Origin: Octopus vulgaris
Lineage: Eukaryota
Reading direction: 5' to 3'
NCBI GenBank assembly: GCA_951406725.2
Contig: OX597819.1
Coordinates: 16,120,001-16,184,000 of the forward strand
DNA length: 64,000 nt
Below, piece after piece: positions 11,680-27,029 of this stretch (its first letter is position 1; the number at the start of each line of letters is the position of its first letter). A model generated the notes under the pieces. The model saw only the letters and a program-made list of their open reading frames with translations. It ran no database searches and was not told the origin of the DNA. The position numbers and the translations under genes are program-made.

Positions 11680-13127
11680 CTTCTTCTTCTTCTTCTTCTT
11701 CTTTCTACAGACAAATTCCCTCGCCTTATTTGTTCCGGATCTTCACGTTCTGATTTCAAAATTTGTGGGGGTCGGTCGGCTTTTACCTTTCAACCTTTAC
11801 GGGTGTCGATGAAATGAAGAACCTGTCAAATACTGACTGGCCGGGGGGGGGGGTTCATTTGACCTCCTACCTTCTGAAATGTTACCTTCTGTCTAAATTA
11901 CAAACGATTATTATGTCATCATCATCATCATGTGCGCAGTGGACGGCAGAGACATTGAAGTATTGGACTAAAGTGCTTTCCGATATGCAGAATCGTCTCT
12001 TTGGTGTCCGAGTTCAAATCCTGCCGGGGACAAATCTATCTTCCCTCATTGTTAGTACCAGTGAAATACTGAGTTCGATTCATTTAAACTCTACCCCGTC
12101 CCTTAAATTTGTGAACTTGTGCCTATGTCAGCAATCCTATTGTTGTTGTTATTGGCGTCCATTGTTGTCTCTGTGTCATCTGTGGTCAAGCCAGCTGTGG
12201 TCAAGCAGCCGTTGTTAATATTGTTGATACGGCTGCTTTTGTTTGTGTGTCCCCTGATCTCGTGTTAAGAGTTTAGACAGGTTTTGCTTAACCCTGGGTT
12301 AGCCCCGACAGAAAAGACCTATGATAAGAAGGCATTTCAGCCGTGGCCATCCCGTCTATATCTTGTATTCAAGGTATCATTGTTTTTAATGAATTGCGGG
12401 TAATTTAGTAGTTACTTCTAGCAGATCTAACCATTACGTGCAGATTCCGTCGTTGGTTCGATGTTAAAGTCGAAGTTATAAGTGTTTTCCCCAGCATCCG
12501 TATATCAACTGTTCTGAGTTCGAATCCTACGTCGGATCACATGTAACATTTATTTCTGCAGGACGGCTGTTGGTGTTATAAATACCAGTGTATTTCTATC
12601 TTCGTAAAAGCTTCATGCTCAGTTATGCTATACGAAGCACCATGAACATCACAGCACAACATTCCGCCCCTAAATCTGAGACCCTATCATAAATTTCCAA
12701 ATAAAAATTTGTGATCGACGTTATGACTTGTTTATATTTAGATTAGCGCTTGGTCGAACCGACTCATAAACAAACGCGTTCCAATCGTGACCACCCAGTT
12801 TTGTTTTGAGACAGTGTATCTGTTTACTCCTGTATCTCAAATGACCCTTTACATGTCATTTTAAAGGGATTTAGCTGCTGCTTCGAGATTCTCCGAAGCG
12901 CAAATTGTCTCCCAATTCGGCGGGACGGTTTCGAATACCAGTGGTGATACTTTGAATCACTGAGGGTCTCTTATTCTTGGTGAATTTCAGCTTTGGAAAT
13001 CACTTCGATGGGCGGGGGGGGGGGGGAGGAAATGCAGCAATGGCCCGGGGCAAAACAGCAATAACAACAACATTGATAACGAAAGGAATTTAACTGTCAT
13101 CTTATTCTAGTTAGGATTATAATGGAT

Positions 13128-13394
<267 letters not shown>

Positions 13395-13401
13395 TCAACT
13401 G

Positions 13402-13456
<55 letters not shown>

Positions 13457-13915
13457 GTCTGTCTATCTACACGCACACACATACATACGTGCAGTATGTA
13501 TACACACTGTATATAAACATATATACAAACATAATATACAAGAGACTGCCGGTACTAAGCTTGAAGCATGGGTAGACTACTATTACTACCAGTAGTATTA
13601 GTAGTATTAGTAGTAGTAGTAGTAGTAGTAGAAAGAACACATGTGCGACGCTGCTTGACAACCAGTAACGCCTCCATTCCGTGGCTGCACAGTTTTACTC
13701 ACACACACTCACCACTCACATACCATACTCTTCCCCACCGCCGCCGCCGCCGCAGCCGTCGTATCACTCACCTTCACCCTCCCCACATATATACCCATGT
13801 GTACATTGTATCCACTCCCTTCCACTCCCCTCACATCATCCACCCGACATCACACGCTAACACCCCACTAGCATTCCACTAACGAGCACGGATTACATAC
13901 AAGGCATCACAGCTG

Positions 13916-13980
<65 letters not shown>

Positions 13981-14129
13981 TTGTCTATCTATCTGTCTGT
14001 CTGTCTATCTATCTATATATCTATCTATCTGTCTGTCTGTCTATCTATCTATATATCTATCTGTCTGTCTGTCTGTCTATCATATTCACACACTTGTGCG
14101 TATATACATGTATATGTACGAAATATATA

Positions 14130-14237
14130 TAATGTATGTATGTATGTATATGTAATATATATATATAACATATGTATGTATGTATGTATATGTAATATAT
14201 ATATATAACATATGTATATATATATATATATATAACA

Positions 14238-14284
<47 letters not shown>

Positions 14285-14915
14285 CATATATGTATATATA
14301 TATATATAACATATATGTATATATATATATATATAACATATATGTATATATATATATATATAACATATATATATATATATATATATATAACATATATGTA
14401 TGTATATATATATATATATATATAACATATATGTATATATATATATATATATAACATATATGTATATATATATATATAACATATATGTATATATATATAT
14501 AACATATATGTATATATATATATAACATATATGTATATATATATATATAACATATATGTATATATATATATATAACATATATGTATATATATATATATAA
14601 CATATATGTATATATATATATATAACATATATGTATATATATATATATAACATATATGTATATATATATATATAACATATATGTATATATATATATATAA
14701 CATATATGTATATATATGTATATATAACATATATGTATATATATGTATATATAACATATATGTATATGTATATATATATAACATATATGTATATATATAT
14801 ATATAACATATATGTATATATATATATATAATATATATGTATATATATATATATAACATATATGTGTATATATATATATATATATAACATATATGTGTAT
14901 ATATATAACATATAC
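14130..14915. repeat. Minisatellite of unit (TA)n-ACATATATG
   Basis: Recurrent TAACATATATG punctuating (TA)n about every 20-30 bp. Confidence 0.9.
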
Positions 14916-15213
14916 GCACACACTTATATGTTTAACATGTAATATATAGTTTATACTTATATGTGTACGTGTGTACATACATACGCATATCTACGTGTAG
15001 TATATATCACAAACATTATAAGCAACAAATGATACCCACTCATATTTACCCACACAATTATGCACTTATACACACACACACGCGCGCACATGTCCAGTGG
15101 CTGGTGGACTTTTTAATTGGACTTTTTAAGTGTCACTATCTTCGTTTATGAGTGTGTGTATGTATGTGTTTGTGCATATGTGTATATATATATGTGTGCG
15201 TGTGTGTGACTAT

Positions 15214-16290
<1,077 letters not shown>

Positions 16291-16589
16291 CAGAATATAT
16301 ATATATGTATACGTGTGTGTGTGTGCATGTATTTATATGTGTATGTATGCATGTATTTGCGTGTGTAGATGTTGTCATGCATGTGTGTGAGTGTGTGGTG
16401 CATCATTATCTTTTACTGTATTTATCTATCTCTCTCTCTCACACACACACACTATCTCTCTCTCTTTCTCTCTCCCTCTGTGTATGTGTGTGTGGCAGCA
16501 TGAACCTCCGGTGTGTTGTTTATATGAGTGTGTATATATAAAACAATATATTCGCATGCCACAAATCTTTGCGCGATTGTATTAGAGTA

Positions 16590-16973
16590 CTAGCAGTATC
16601 GCCCGGCGTTGCTCAGGTTTGTAAGGGAAATAACTATAAAGCATTTTTAGAGAGTTATAGCCCAAAAATAGCAAAACAAATGGGAAAAAATGATGGTAAA
16701 TTTTTTTGAGAGTAAAAAAAGGTGGAGTTGCGTCCCCTAGACAGTTTGCGGTTTGTGTTTCTAATTCTCGACCCCATGTCGAATTTCTCGATATTGTTCA
16801 GAACTGGGGGAACTTTTCAAAATTTTCGCTGCGTTAGTTTTGAATTATGACATTGGGCTATGTGTGTGTCAAGTTTCATCAGAATCGGTTGAAAGCCGTG
16901 GACAGGGTGAGGGTACAAGCAAACAGACACACAGAAACACGCACAGACAAACTGCCGTTTATATAGAGAGAGA
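16590..16973 (-). mobile_element. Non-autonomous Helitron
   Basis: Minus strand 5' TC(TCTCTCTATATAAACGGCAG), 3' GC-rich GCAACGCCGGGCGATACTG-CTAG, inserted between A and T. The same end occurs at 48126. Confidence 0.75.
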
Positions 16974-16985
16974 TAAACGCGCACA

Positions 16986-17046
<61 letters not shown>

Positions 17047-18414
17047 TCACACACACACACACACACATTTATGTATTCACATACAGGACGGGCATTGTTG
17101 TAATGTCTCTGACCCTGTGTGTTACTTCAGAGCTTCTATGGAAGAACAACATGAAAACTACATCACACACTCGTATAGATCACGCCCCTCCTCTCAATTG
17201 CGGCGTTTATGCGTAGATACGAGTACACTAGTGTATGTGCGTGCACATCTATTCTATGGTATCTATATGCATATACTATGTATGTATAGTGTGTGTGTGT
17301 GTGTGTGTGTGTATATTAGAGAGAGTGAGGGGGAGAGGGAGACTATGTGTAGAAATGTTTATTTTATATTACAATAGTTGAAGGGAAGCGATGTTAGTTC
17401 TGAATGGAGACTGGGTCACTGTACTTTCTGATGGCCAGAGTAAAAAGGGAGTGGTTATAACTCCGTATAGAACAAATATGGTAAGGGACTTTCTCTCAAA
17501 ATACACAACCGGTGTGTTGGTTTCATGGTCAATGTTTACGTCTTTCGTTGTCAAACATCGCTAAAAATCACATACATACGTGTGTATGAGAATGCGTGTG
17601 TATGTGTTCATGTGCGCCCGCACATGTGGCATGCCATCATTATATGAATGTGTTGTTTCTTTGTTGTTTAACACTAGGTCAGCTGTAAATGAGTAAACCT
17701 ACAACCAAAAGCAGCCCAGCAGTGCATATCCCATGTATATATAGATACATGTGTGTGTGTGATATCCAGGTTTATTTATCTATATAATCGTACGACTGAC
17801 ACAGCATGTGTGTGTGTAAATCTGCATTTCGACAATCGTCTCTACTTCGGTACCAGGCCTGAAGTTCTGGGTACTCAACGGGTAATTATCTTATCGACCT
17901 CGAAAGGATAAAAAGTAATGTTGATTTCAGCGGAATTTGAACTTAGAACGTAAAGCCGCAAAACATGCGGCTTCACATTCTGACCGACACGCTAACGATT
18001 CTGCCATCTCGCCCCCCTCTGCGCTGCGGTAATCAGAATGTAACAGTGTATTTGTGTGTGTGTGTGTGTGTATGTGTGTGTGTGCGCGTGTGTGGTGCGT
18101 GTGAGTATTTTGACAAACGTCTATATACAAACTCACCGTGTGCGGTACACAACACTGCAAGTTCCAAGAGTTGAATCGTTCAATTAAGACGCTCCCCATT
18201 ATTTGACTGGTATCTATTTTACGAACCTCAGCAATGATTAAAATCAATATTGACGACGGCGAGACTTGAACTCAGAAGAAGATTAAGTTACTAGATGTTC
18301 GCGACAAGAGACAATCAAACATTTTCACCGCAATTTTCTCCAACGCTCTACCGATTCTGTCATCCACCGCCAGGATTGGACTTCCAGACTCTCTCTTTCA
18401 TTATTACTTTCTTG

Positions 18415-18610
18415 CAAGGCGGCAGAGTTGGCAGAATCTTAGCGGCATTTCGTCCGTCATTACGTTCTGAGTTCAAATTCTGTTGAGGTCATCTTTGTCT
18501 TTCATCCTTTCGGGGTCGATAAATTAAGTATCAGTTGCGTACTAGGGTCGATGTAACCGACTTAACTCCTCCCCCAAGTTTCAAGTTTTGTGCCAAAACT
18601 TGAAAGCATT
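18415..18610 (+). mobile_element. SINE family C copy (diverged; further diverged copies near 11740-12140, 17860-18015, 31150-31330 and 57390-57690)
   Basis: GGCGGCAGAGTTGGCAGAAT...GAGTTCAAATTC...TTTCATCCTTTCGGGGTCGATAAATTAAGTA. Confidence 0.75.
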
Positions 18611-19637
18611 ATTACTTTTATGCTGCTCATAAAGGGCATCATTAATCGTAGACGCATCACAACCACGGAGAATCGGGTTCAATCCCACCACATGGCACCT
18701 TGGTTGTAATTTTTGTTCTAACTTCGGTGTTAAGTCACACCTTGTGAATGAAACTGGGCAGACAGAACAGTAATTCCAGGTAAATTCCACCGTCGGTGGA
18801 TTGTACCTGTAATTTAAAAGTTACGGCTTAGTCACACCCAAGGTCACACTGATCTAGGCAAAGAATTACGCTACGAGTATACAGATGTCTGTGGAATACT
18901 CAGGCAAGTCATGTCAGGTTATGCGCCATTGTAGCGCCTCACTGCATCCACCATTTGCTGGGCAACCCTCCGAGTAGTTGTCCAGTCAGTCCCCGTCTCT
19001 GCGAATTACTTCCTCATCCTCCGTGATCATGTGACATATTTGGCCGTTTATACATCAGTTCAAGGACCGGAAGTTCAGTTGATTCAACAACTGAATCTTC
19101 ATAATCGAACAGCGAAGTTCCGACACAAAAACTGATTATATAAATTCGCTGGTAATTCATTTTATCCACGCTAGAAGGAATTCTAGCTTATTTGAAACTT
19201 TAATCATGGCCCTCGCTGTCAACCCAAGATCTGCGATATCGATGTGGTTGGGGCTCTACAGGTGAATGGCCACAGGAAAATATGAAAAGGGAGAGAATTC
19301 TGAGGTGGAAAGACGGGCAAGTATGAAACGACACAATACCTGCTCATTTGGTAAGGATGTAAGCGACTGAGTTCATTTAATATAATCTACTATGTCGGAG
19401 AAGGTGTTTACTGTACCTTCACTTCCTTAAACATAGCATATCCTGAGCAGTCTGCACACTCGTCGGTGTGTTACTGACCACAAATAGAATCAGCATGAAA
19501 CAGACTGGATGTCCGAGTTACAAGTATAAAACTATTCAAAGGGATTCCGAACAGTTTCTGCTACCACTACTATCTTAGCTTAAATTGACTAATTTGCTGT
19601 GAAACTAATTCTATGAGCCATACGGCATAACCATTAA

Positions 19638-20549
19638 CCTTTCGTCAGCCGGCGGGTTTGGAATTACACAAAAGGCCATTGGGGTCCCCTTTTATTTTTG
19701 CGCATTTCCGCACTGTCCATAAAGTAATATTTGTTTAATCTTGTATTATGTGTGAGAGCATGATACAAAATAAGTTTTAGAAACTATATATATAGCACTA
19801 AATATAAAATAAAACAAAAAGAATAAAGGAAAAAAAGTATATCAATTTATACCAGTACAAATACGAAGAAAATTGACAGAATATCTGAAAAAGGAACAGG
19901 GAAAAATTTCCTAGAAGGCCAATGGGGGCCAGTTGGACTCCAATGGCCATATTTTATGATATAACATCTATATGACTGGAAAAATTTTTAACTCAAAAAT
20001 TGTATGTGCATTCATAAACTATTGACGGTAAAAGTCATGAGATATTCTCTTTTCTCTCTTTTTACTCTCTTTTACTTGTTTCAGCCATTTGACTGCGGCC
20101 ATGCTGGAGCACCGCCTCCAGTCGAGCAAATCGACCCCAGGACTTATTCTTTGTAAGCCCAGTACTTATTCTATCGGTCTCTTTTGCCGAACCGCTAAGT
20201 GACGGGGACGTAAACACACCAGCATCGGTTGTCAAGCAATGCTAGGGGGACAAACACACAAACACAGACACATACACATATATATACATATATACGACGG
20301 GCTTCTTTCAGTTTCCGTCTACCAAACCCACTCACAAGGCATTGGTCGGCCCGGGGCTATAGCAGAAGACACTTGCCCAAGATGCCACGCAGTGGGACTG
20401 AACCCGGAACCATGTGGTTGGTTAGCAAGCTACTTACCACACAGCCACTCCTGCGCCCATATAAAATCATTTAAATAAAAAAATGTAAAAGTTGCATAAC
20501 CTTTAAAATTTGCTGGGGTCCCGAGGGACCCCCACCGGCCCACGAAGGA
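19638..20549. mobile_element. piggyBac-like non-autonomous element (TTAA TSD) with a nested SINE A
   Basis: TTAA|CCTTTCGTCAGCCGGCGG ... CCGGCCCACGAAGGA|TTAA, with imperfect TIRs. Confidence 0.7.
20048..20458 (-). mobile_element. SINE family A copy (young subfamily)
   Basis: Reverse complement of 73-492 at very high similarity. Confidence 0.9.
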
Positions 20550-20664
20550 TTAACATCAAATAACAATGGTGTTTCCGCAGAGTGGGTCGATCTTTTAGAA
20601 ATAGTATCTTCTTCAACTTACACCTTTGTTAAAGCAAAGGTAATTTTGGATAAAAGTTGTGAGT

Positions 20665-21010
20665 ATAGTCGTGTGGTATAGGAGTTCGCTTCGCACGCAG
20701 AGGTTTCGACACGGAGCGACAAGTAACTTCCGCTCTTACCTAGGTTTAACTATTACATGTTCAATGGAACTTGGCCGGCAGAAATTGAGCAGAGACCTGT
20801 GACATGGTGTGTGTGTGTGTGTGATTCAGCGCGTGACATACGGTGTTAGTTTGTTTGTATCCCGACAGCGTAACAATCAGGTAACAAAAAGATTTGATAG
20901 ACGGAGTAAGTATCGGATTTAAAATAAATGCCGGAGTCAATTTGATCGACTAAAACCATTGAAGGTGATGGTGTTCCAACATGGTCACAATCTAATCAAT
21001 GACACAAAAT
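20665..21010 (+). mobile_element. Old diverged SINE A-related copy
   Basis: Degenerate head, (TG)n, and tail GGTGTTCCAACATGGTCACAATC...GACAC. Confidence 0.55.
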
Positions 21011-21227
21011 AATCATATAATTATGAGTGTGCGTGTACATATGTGTATGTGTGTATGGGTAATTATGATTATATATGCGTATATATATATATATGCATAC
21101 ATATATATAATATATATGTATGTATGTGTGGCTCTACGCATGATGACGCCTCTGGGACGACTAACTAGCATTGATCCCCAACCACACCATTGATCCCCAA
21201 CCTTGACATGAAGTCAAGCCATGTATA

Positions 21228-21264
<37 letters not shown>

Positions 21265-21280
21265 GTACATACACACACAC

Positions 21281-21330
<50 letters not shown>

Positions 21331-21634
21331 ATAAAAGAAAGAAAAGGGTTAATATCACTATCGACGAAAGAGTTATCGAAACTGAAAGTAGAGTCTAACA
21401 ATATTTGTCGGCTTTCGTTACCCTGTAACCCATCTCTATGTTAACACCCAATTGATATCCGGTATTCGTTTCTTTATACCCTCGTCACCCAGCTGTTCAG
21501 CAAGCAAGAGGCCTATTGAATGATACGACACTCAGTACTGGAGCCGACGAGATCGGCTGAAAACCTCTTCTCGACAGTGCCGCTGTCATGCGGTACAATG
21601 CCTGAAACCATTTAAAGAATGTACAGATGATAAA

Positions 21635-21790
21635 TTACGCCTGTTGGTTAGAGTGCTGGCTTCATAATCGTAAGGTCGTAGGTTCGTTTTCTGGATCGGT
21701 CTACACGTTTTATCCTTGAGCAATCCACTTCATTTCACATTGTTCTAGTCTACTCAGTTGAAATGAGTACCAGCAGACTACGGGAGCAAC
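21635..21790 (+). mobile_element. tRNA-derived SINE, family D (related copies at 590-690 minus, 32130-32350 minus, 62950-63125 plus)
   Basis: TGGTTAGAGTG...GGTTCG head followed by CCTTGAGCAA..CACTTCATTTCAC...AGTCTACTCAG core. Confidence 0.6.
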
Positions 21791-21973
21791 TCTTTCTCTC
21801 TCTTTTTCTCTCTTTCTCTCCAGATATCGCATAATCTATGTTCACTGAATCGTGAGCGAGAGAGCCTAGGGGGTATCTATATCTGCTCGTGACCACTCAA
21901 GCACCTAAAACAACCTGTGAGTACATGGAATAGATTACCAGGTCATACTCGCTTGCGAGTGACGGCTAAAGTT

Positions 21974-22019
<46 letters not shown>

Positions 22020-22056
22020 TTTTTGTCTTTGCATACATACATACATACATACATAC

Positions 22057-22106
<50 letters not shown>

Positions 22107-22472
22107 AAGAGCTAAGAAAAGATTATCAATTCGGAAAATACTTCTGAAGCCCCCTGTTAACACAAATGCCCCAGGCTAACAAAAGTTTTAGAGCTCCAGG
22201 TGTTCCTAAGATAAGATCCGAAACTGAAGTCCATCACTCGTCGACTTTGTAAATCCATGATTCAATGTAACTCATAGATAATGGTATTTACGTATGTCTT
22301 CATTTGTGCATCTTAGACTTACAGCTGTTTCTGATACGCCTTATAGGTGCGTTCATGGTTCCGTTGACTCAATCGATCGATTGAAAATATTTAACGACCT
22401 TAACAAATAATATCATCTGTTTAAGATTCACAAATAAAGAAATATGTAAAGCACATTATTTATACCTTTTCT

Positions 22473-22537
<65 letters not shown>

Positions 22538-22834
22538 TATTATAAGCAAACTTACAAGCACCGACCAAGTTGAGGTTTTATAGAAAAGATAGTAAATCTC
22601 GAACGCAGAATAGCTGTAAAAACAGCTTAGAAGGTCGGGTAAATAGCCTTACAAAACACAAAATAAAGTAGTCTGCAAGAGGTGACAGAGAACTGAACGC
22701 TGTACCCCACAAACTCCGGCCGAGCGCTCTGTCCCATTTAGTTAAGCGATCCGTGACAACAAATATCGTCTACTATAACGCTAAATGAGTTTGTTTATAA
22801 TAAAAGAGTTCTCACATTCCAAAAGCTATTGTTT

Positions 22835-22942
22835 AACTGTCATTTGAATTTCCTATGAAAAATATAGTTTCGGCATATGAATATTTCGGGTGATGAACGG
22901 TCTTCAGGAACGAATTATATTCGCAAGCCGAGTTTCTACTGT
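22835..22942. mobile_element. Tigger/pogo-like transposon terminus
   Basis: The reverse complement reads TA-CAGTAGAAACTCGGCTTGCGAATATAATTCGTTCC, a Tigger-like TIR. The partner end was not found. Confidence 0.45.
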
Positions 22943-23604
22943 ATTTGGCTATACTACAGACATTTGTTTTTCTGATCCTACTGAAGATACACAGCCAAAA
23001 AATTGCACGTCCAGAAGCGAAATGTTCCAGGCCTTTTTCTACGCCATTTTCTTCACACACTGTTTAGTGGACGATTTTTTCTCACACCAAACAGATGTTT
23101 ATTTCTGTCGCATAATTTTTAATGTAGGCATAATGTCATTATTCTGAAAGTGGCGGAATATTCCACAGATACCAGACACGTGTACCCTTCACATAATTCT
23201 CAAGTAGAAACAGCATGACACAGTGTAACAAGGTTAGACCTTTGAATTATACATACACACATACACACATATATATATATGTGTGTTTGTATGTATGTAT
23301 GTATGTATATATATAGACACTCACTTATGTATATATATGTAATTATAAAGAGGGAGAGGGAGACCAATGTATGTGCAGTATATATGTGGGTAAGTGGGTG
23401 TATAGAGAAGGGAGAGAGCGTGGTTGAAAGGCTGTACATTGACGCTAGATATCTTATTTCCATATAATTAGAAATATTTGAAGTGTCTCTCCATTTTAGT
23501 TAATTAATTGCCATAAACTTAATATTTTTTACGTTTATTGGGCATTCGTTTTGCATGATAGAATAATTTTCAGTACCACGGGGAAGTATTTATCCACTTA
23601 TGAA

Positions 23605-23650
<46 letters not shown>

Positions 23651-24124
23651 ACACACACACACACACACACACGTACAGCTTGTGTACAAGTAATTATGAA
23701 AATTCTTACGATGGAGTCGGTCTCTAAATAATAAACAAAGCGCAAACATTATGATTTGAATAACAGAAATGTTACATGTTAAACTTTAGAAAAAGCTTGC
23801 ATATTTTTGCTATTCCACTTACAAGTTATTTCTAAAGTCTGTGTAAGCTGGTCGGCGTTTCTGTCTGAAAATCCTGGCGTTTTTGATTATCAAACACACA
23901 CGCATACACAAGCGCTTACTGAAGCTGAATTTTTTAATTCACGACTCGAATTTTACGCCACATCGATCTTCAGGCAAGAACAATGGCGATCCTGAAAATA
24001 GAAGTGGTGGGAAACTCTATCCTAAAATACAATTAACTTTCAATAAACCAGATACTTTACAGCATGTACTGAGCAAACCTATCTTATTTGTTCGACATAA
24101 TTCATCACAGAATTATTCAGAAGT

Positions 24125-24168
<44 letters not shown>

Positions 24169-24179
24169 TACCTGCATAT

Positions 24180-24880
24180 TAATTCATATAATATTAATAC
24201 GCATTAACATTAGTGTTAAGTTACATTACCAATTTATAATATTGTTTTTATATAGCATTCATATTTAAGAGTATTAGTGTTGCATAATGTTATAATATGT
24301 GAGTTGTTACACTATATCAAATATAACATATGACTATCATATTGTATTTTTACGTTGCACTTTTAGTATTTCATGACAGTTTTTAATATTATACTATATC
24401 CCTAATTAGAATTTCATTACATGCTATGTCACAAAATCCTTGCCATATTACATCGTTATGCCATATTATTTTGTTACAATCGTTATATATAATATTACAT
24501 CATTATTTCATTGCTATCGTTATTAAATCGTTATAATACTCGTATGTGAATTGTTATGTTGCAATGTTACACCATTATTACACAGTATCAGTGTTATATT
24601 ACCCCATTACTTTACAGCACAATGATGTATGACTGTATTATCGTTATATAGCATTATTATGTTACAATATTACCGTTGTCTAATATGTATTATATTGTAA
24701 TATCACTGTTATACAATATTGTTACATTAAATATTATTTTTAGAAGATTATGTCGGTGTTACATTTTATTGTTATATTATATTGTTACTTTATAACGTAC
24801 AGCCAAATAATATTGTTACATTATCATATTATTGTTGTATTTCATTATTACATTACAATATCATTTCTGTACTAGATTGC
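24180..24880. repeat. Degenerate AT-rich short-period repeat (TATTG/TTACA-type)
   Basis: Recurrent TTACA, TATTG and GTTAT words over ~700 bp. Confidence 0.6.
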
Positions 24881-25142
24881 CATATTAATTGGCGAGTTCA
24901 TTGTCATTTTGTTCCGTCTGCAACGAAGATAAAAACTTTCGTAGTAGGATATGGTTAGCACTGCTTTAGTGCGCGCGCACGCGCGTGTTTGTGCGCGTGC
25001 GTATGTGTGTGCTTTGTATTATAGTGTGCTTTATGAGATCTACAACGATATTGTATACTGTTTATCTTTCTAAATATCTAACCCTGCCCATCCATCCAGC
25101 CATCATTGTGTATACGCTAAATGTATGTCTGATTGTGTGTGT

Positions 25143-25378
25143 GTATCTATCTACCTATCTGTCTACCTACCTATCTGTCTACCTACCTATCTGTCTACCT
25201 ATCTATCTATCTGTCTACCTATCTTTCTACATATCTATCTACCTATCTATCTACCTACCTATCTACCTATCTATCTATCTACCTATCTATCTACCTATCT
25301 ATCTACCTATCTATCTACCTATCTATCTACCTACCTATATATCTACCTACCTACCTATCTACCTACCTATCTACCTAC

Positions 25379-25443
<65 letters not shown>

Positions 25444-25505
25444 CGTCTATCCGTCTATCTGTCTATCTGTCTATCTGTCTATCCGTCTATCTGTCTATCT
25501 GTCTG
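25143..25505. repeat. (TATC/TACC)n microsatellite
   Basis: Directly visible. Confidence 0.95.
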
Positions 25506-25677
25506 TCTCTCCCCACACACACACACTCTCTCTCTATCGCAAATTAATTTTCTCGTGAATTATTTGCTCCGTATTGAAATTATTTTCACACTGGTGGCTG
25601 CCATTATTTCGGCGCTAAACGAATTAGTTGCAGCGCGAATTTCAACACGACGGGTTGGAGTTCTCTGTCAAGGTAAC

Positions 25678-25720
25678 GCGTGCTGAGGAAGATGAGGCCA
25701 GTCCAGAAACCGGTCCACGT
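25678..25720 (+). ncRNA. Minimal type I hammerhead-ribozyme-like motif (PLE-type)
   Basis: GCGUG-CUGAGGA-[degenerate stem II]-GAAAC-CG-GUC-CACGU. Stem I is GCGUG/CACGU, with palindromic ACCGGU stem III. Confidence 0.55.
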
Positions 25721-25900
25721 ATGGTGTCCAAATACTTGAATGTATGCTGAGAGATTGTCTTAGCCCGTTTGCCTTTGGACGGTTGATGTCTGTAGTTATT
25801 ATCAGTGTATTTTGGCGATTTAATAAGAGTTTTGACTGTTATTTCCAGCAGGTAGGCATACTTAGATTGTCCTTTGATTAATTATAATCCTTCAGCTAAG

Positions 25901-25940
<40 letters not shown>

Positions 25941-25942
<2 letters not shown>

Positions 25943-26788
25943 AGGGACGTGCGGGGAATAAATTGTCGTCTAAATTACACAAAAATGAAAATAAAACTTA
26001 ACACCTCATCTTAGATTATATTTACCAAATTTACATAAAAATATCTTGAAATACTAAAGAGTAAATATATTCAATAAAATCACTATTGGCTTCCGAAGAC
26101 GACTTCGGAAACACCTGCAACTCTTCTAGTTGGTTTCCTTGTTTAACTCAGTGAATGCTGCCATAATCTTTGCTTTCAGTTCATCTATGGTGTTAGAAGA
26201 TTTGTTGGTCTCTCGTTCAACTGTGCCCTACACATAATAATCAAGGGAGTTGCAGTCTGGGGTGTTAGGTGGCCAGATGTTAGGGATGATGTGGTCGCGG
26301 AAATTATGTGACAGCCATGACTGAGTTCTCCTGATTGTGCCAGATATAGGGTCTTCCAGCAGCCACCCTCTTGGCCCAGGGCAGCACTAACTTCTCTAGA
26401 TACTTGATGTAGGCCTCCGTGTTGAGTCTGAGGTCGTGTTGGAAGATGAATGGAGGCATAACGTCGCTATCACTAGTGATCACTCCAAACGTTATGATGT
26501 TGACTGGATGTTTGATTTTATCACTGTCGGTGCATGTCCTCAGATTGACACCCAATAACTTTGATATGTTCAAATTGGAGCTTCCGATGCGAATGCCAAG
26601 CAGTACAGCTTGTCCTTTTCAAAATTTCTGGCAGAGTGAATTGCGTCATGGTGCTGTTTTTTTTTTCTCACAGACGGTACCCAACTGACCCTACTATACT
26701 GTGTAGTCGACAAAATCAAAAACAAACAATGAGTATGCGCAAAATTAAAAATATGAAATGTCGACAATTTACCCATCGCACCCTCTGT
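25941..26788 (-). mobile_element. Internally deleted mariner-superfamily (maT/DD37D-like) transposon with transposase pseudogene
   Basis: Imperfect TIRs (GAGGGACGTGCGGGGAATAAATTGTCG / CGACAATTTACCCATCGCACCCTCTG). The minus strand encodes KHPVNIITFGVITSDSDVMPPFIF...YIKYLEKLVLPW...RPYIW and WPPNTPDCNSLDYYV. Confidence 0.85.
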
Positions 26789-27029
26789 GTGTGTGTGTGT
26801 GTGAATAAACATACACACACATGTATATATGTATGTATGCATGCATGTATGTATCCATGTATGCATGCATGTATGTATCCATGCATGCATGCGTGTATGT
26901 ATGTATGACTGTATGTAAGCATGTATGTACGTATGTATGTGTATATAAATTGCATTACTTGCCGCCACATCTAAGAACGCTCACTCACATTCTTTAAACA
27001 AAAAAGGTGAAAAAACACTCCATCATTAT

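Noticed and set aside
11711-11770. Acceptor-like (CTT)n-CTACAG downstream of the candidate exon
   Set aside because: The following sequence is a diverged SINE C copy.
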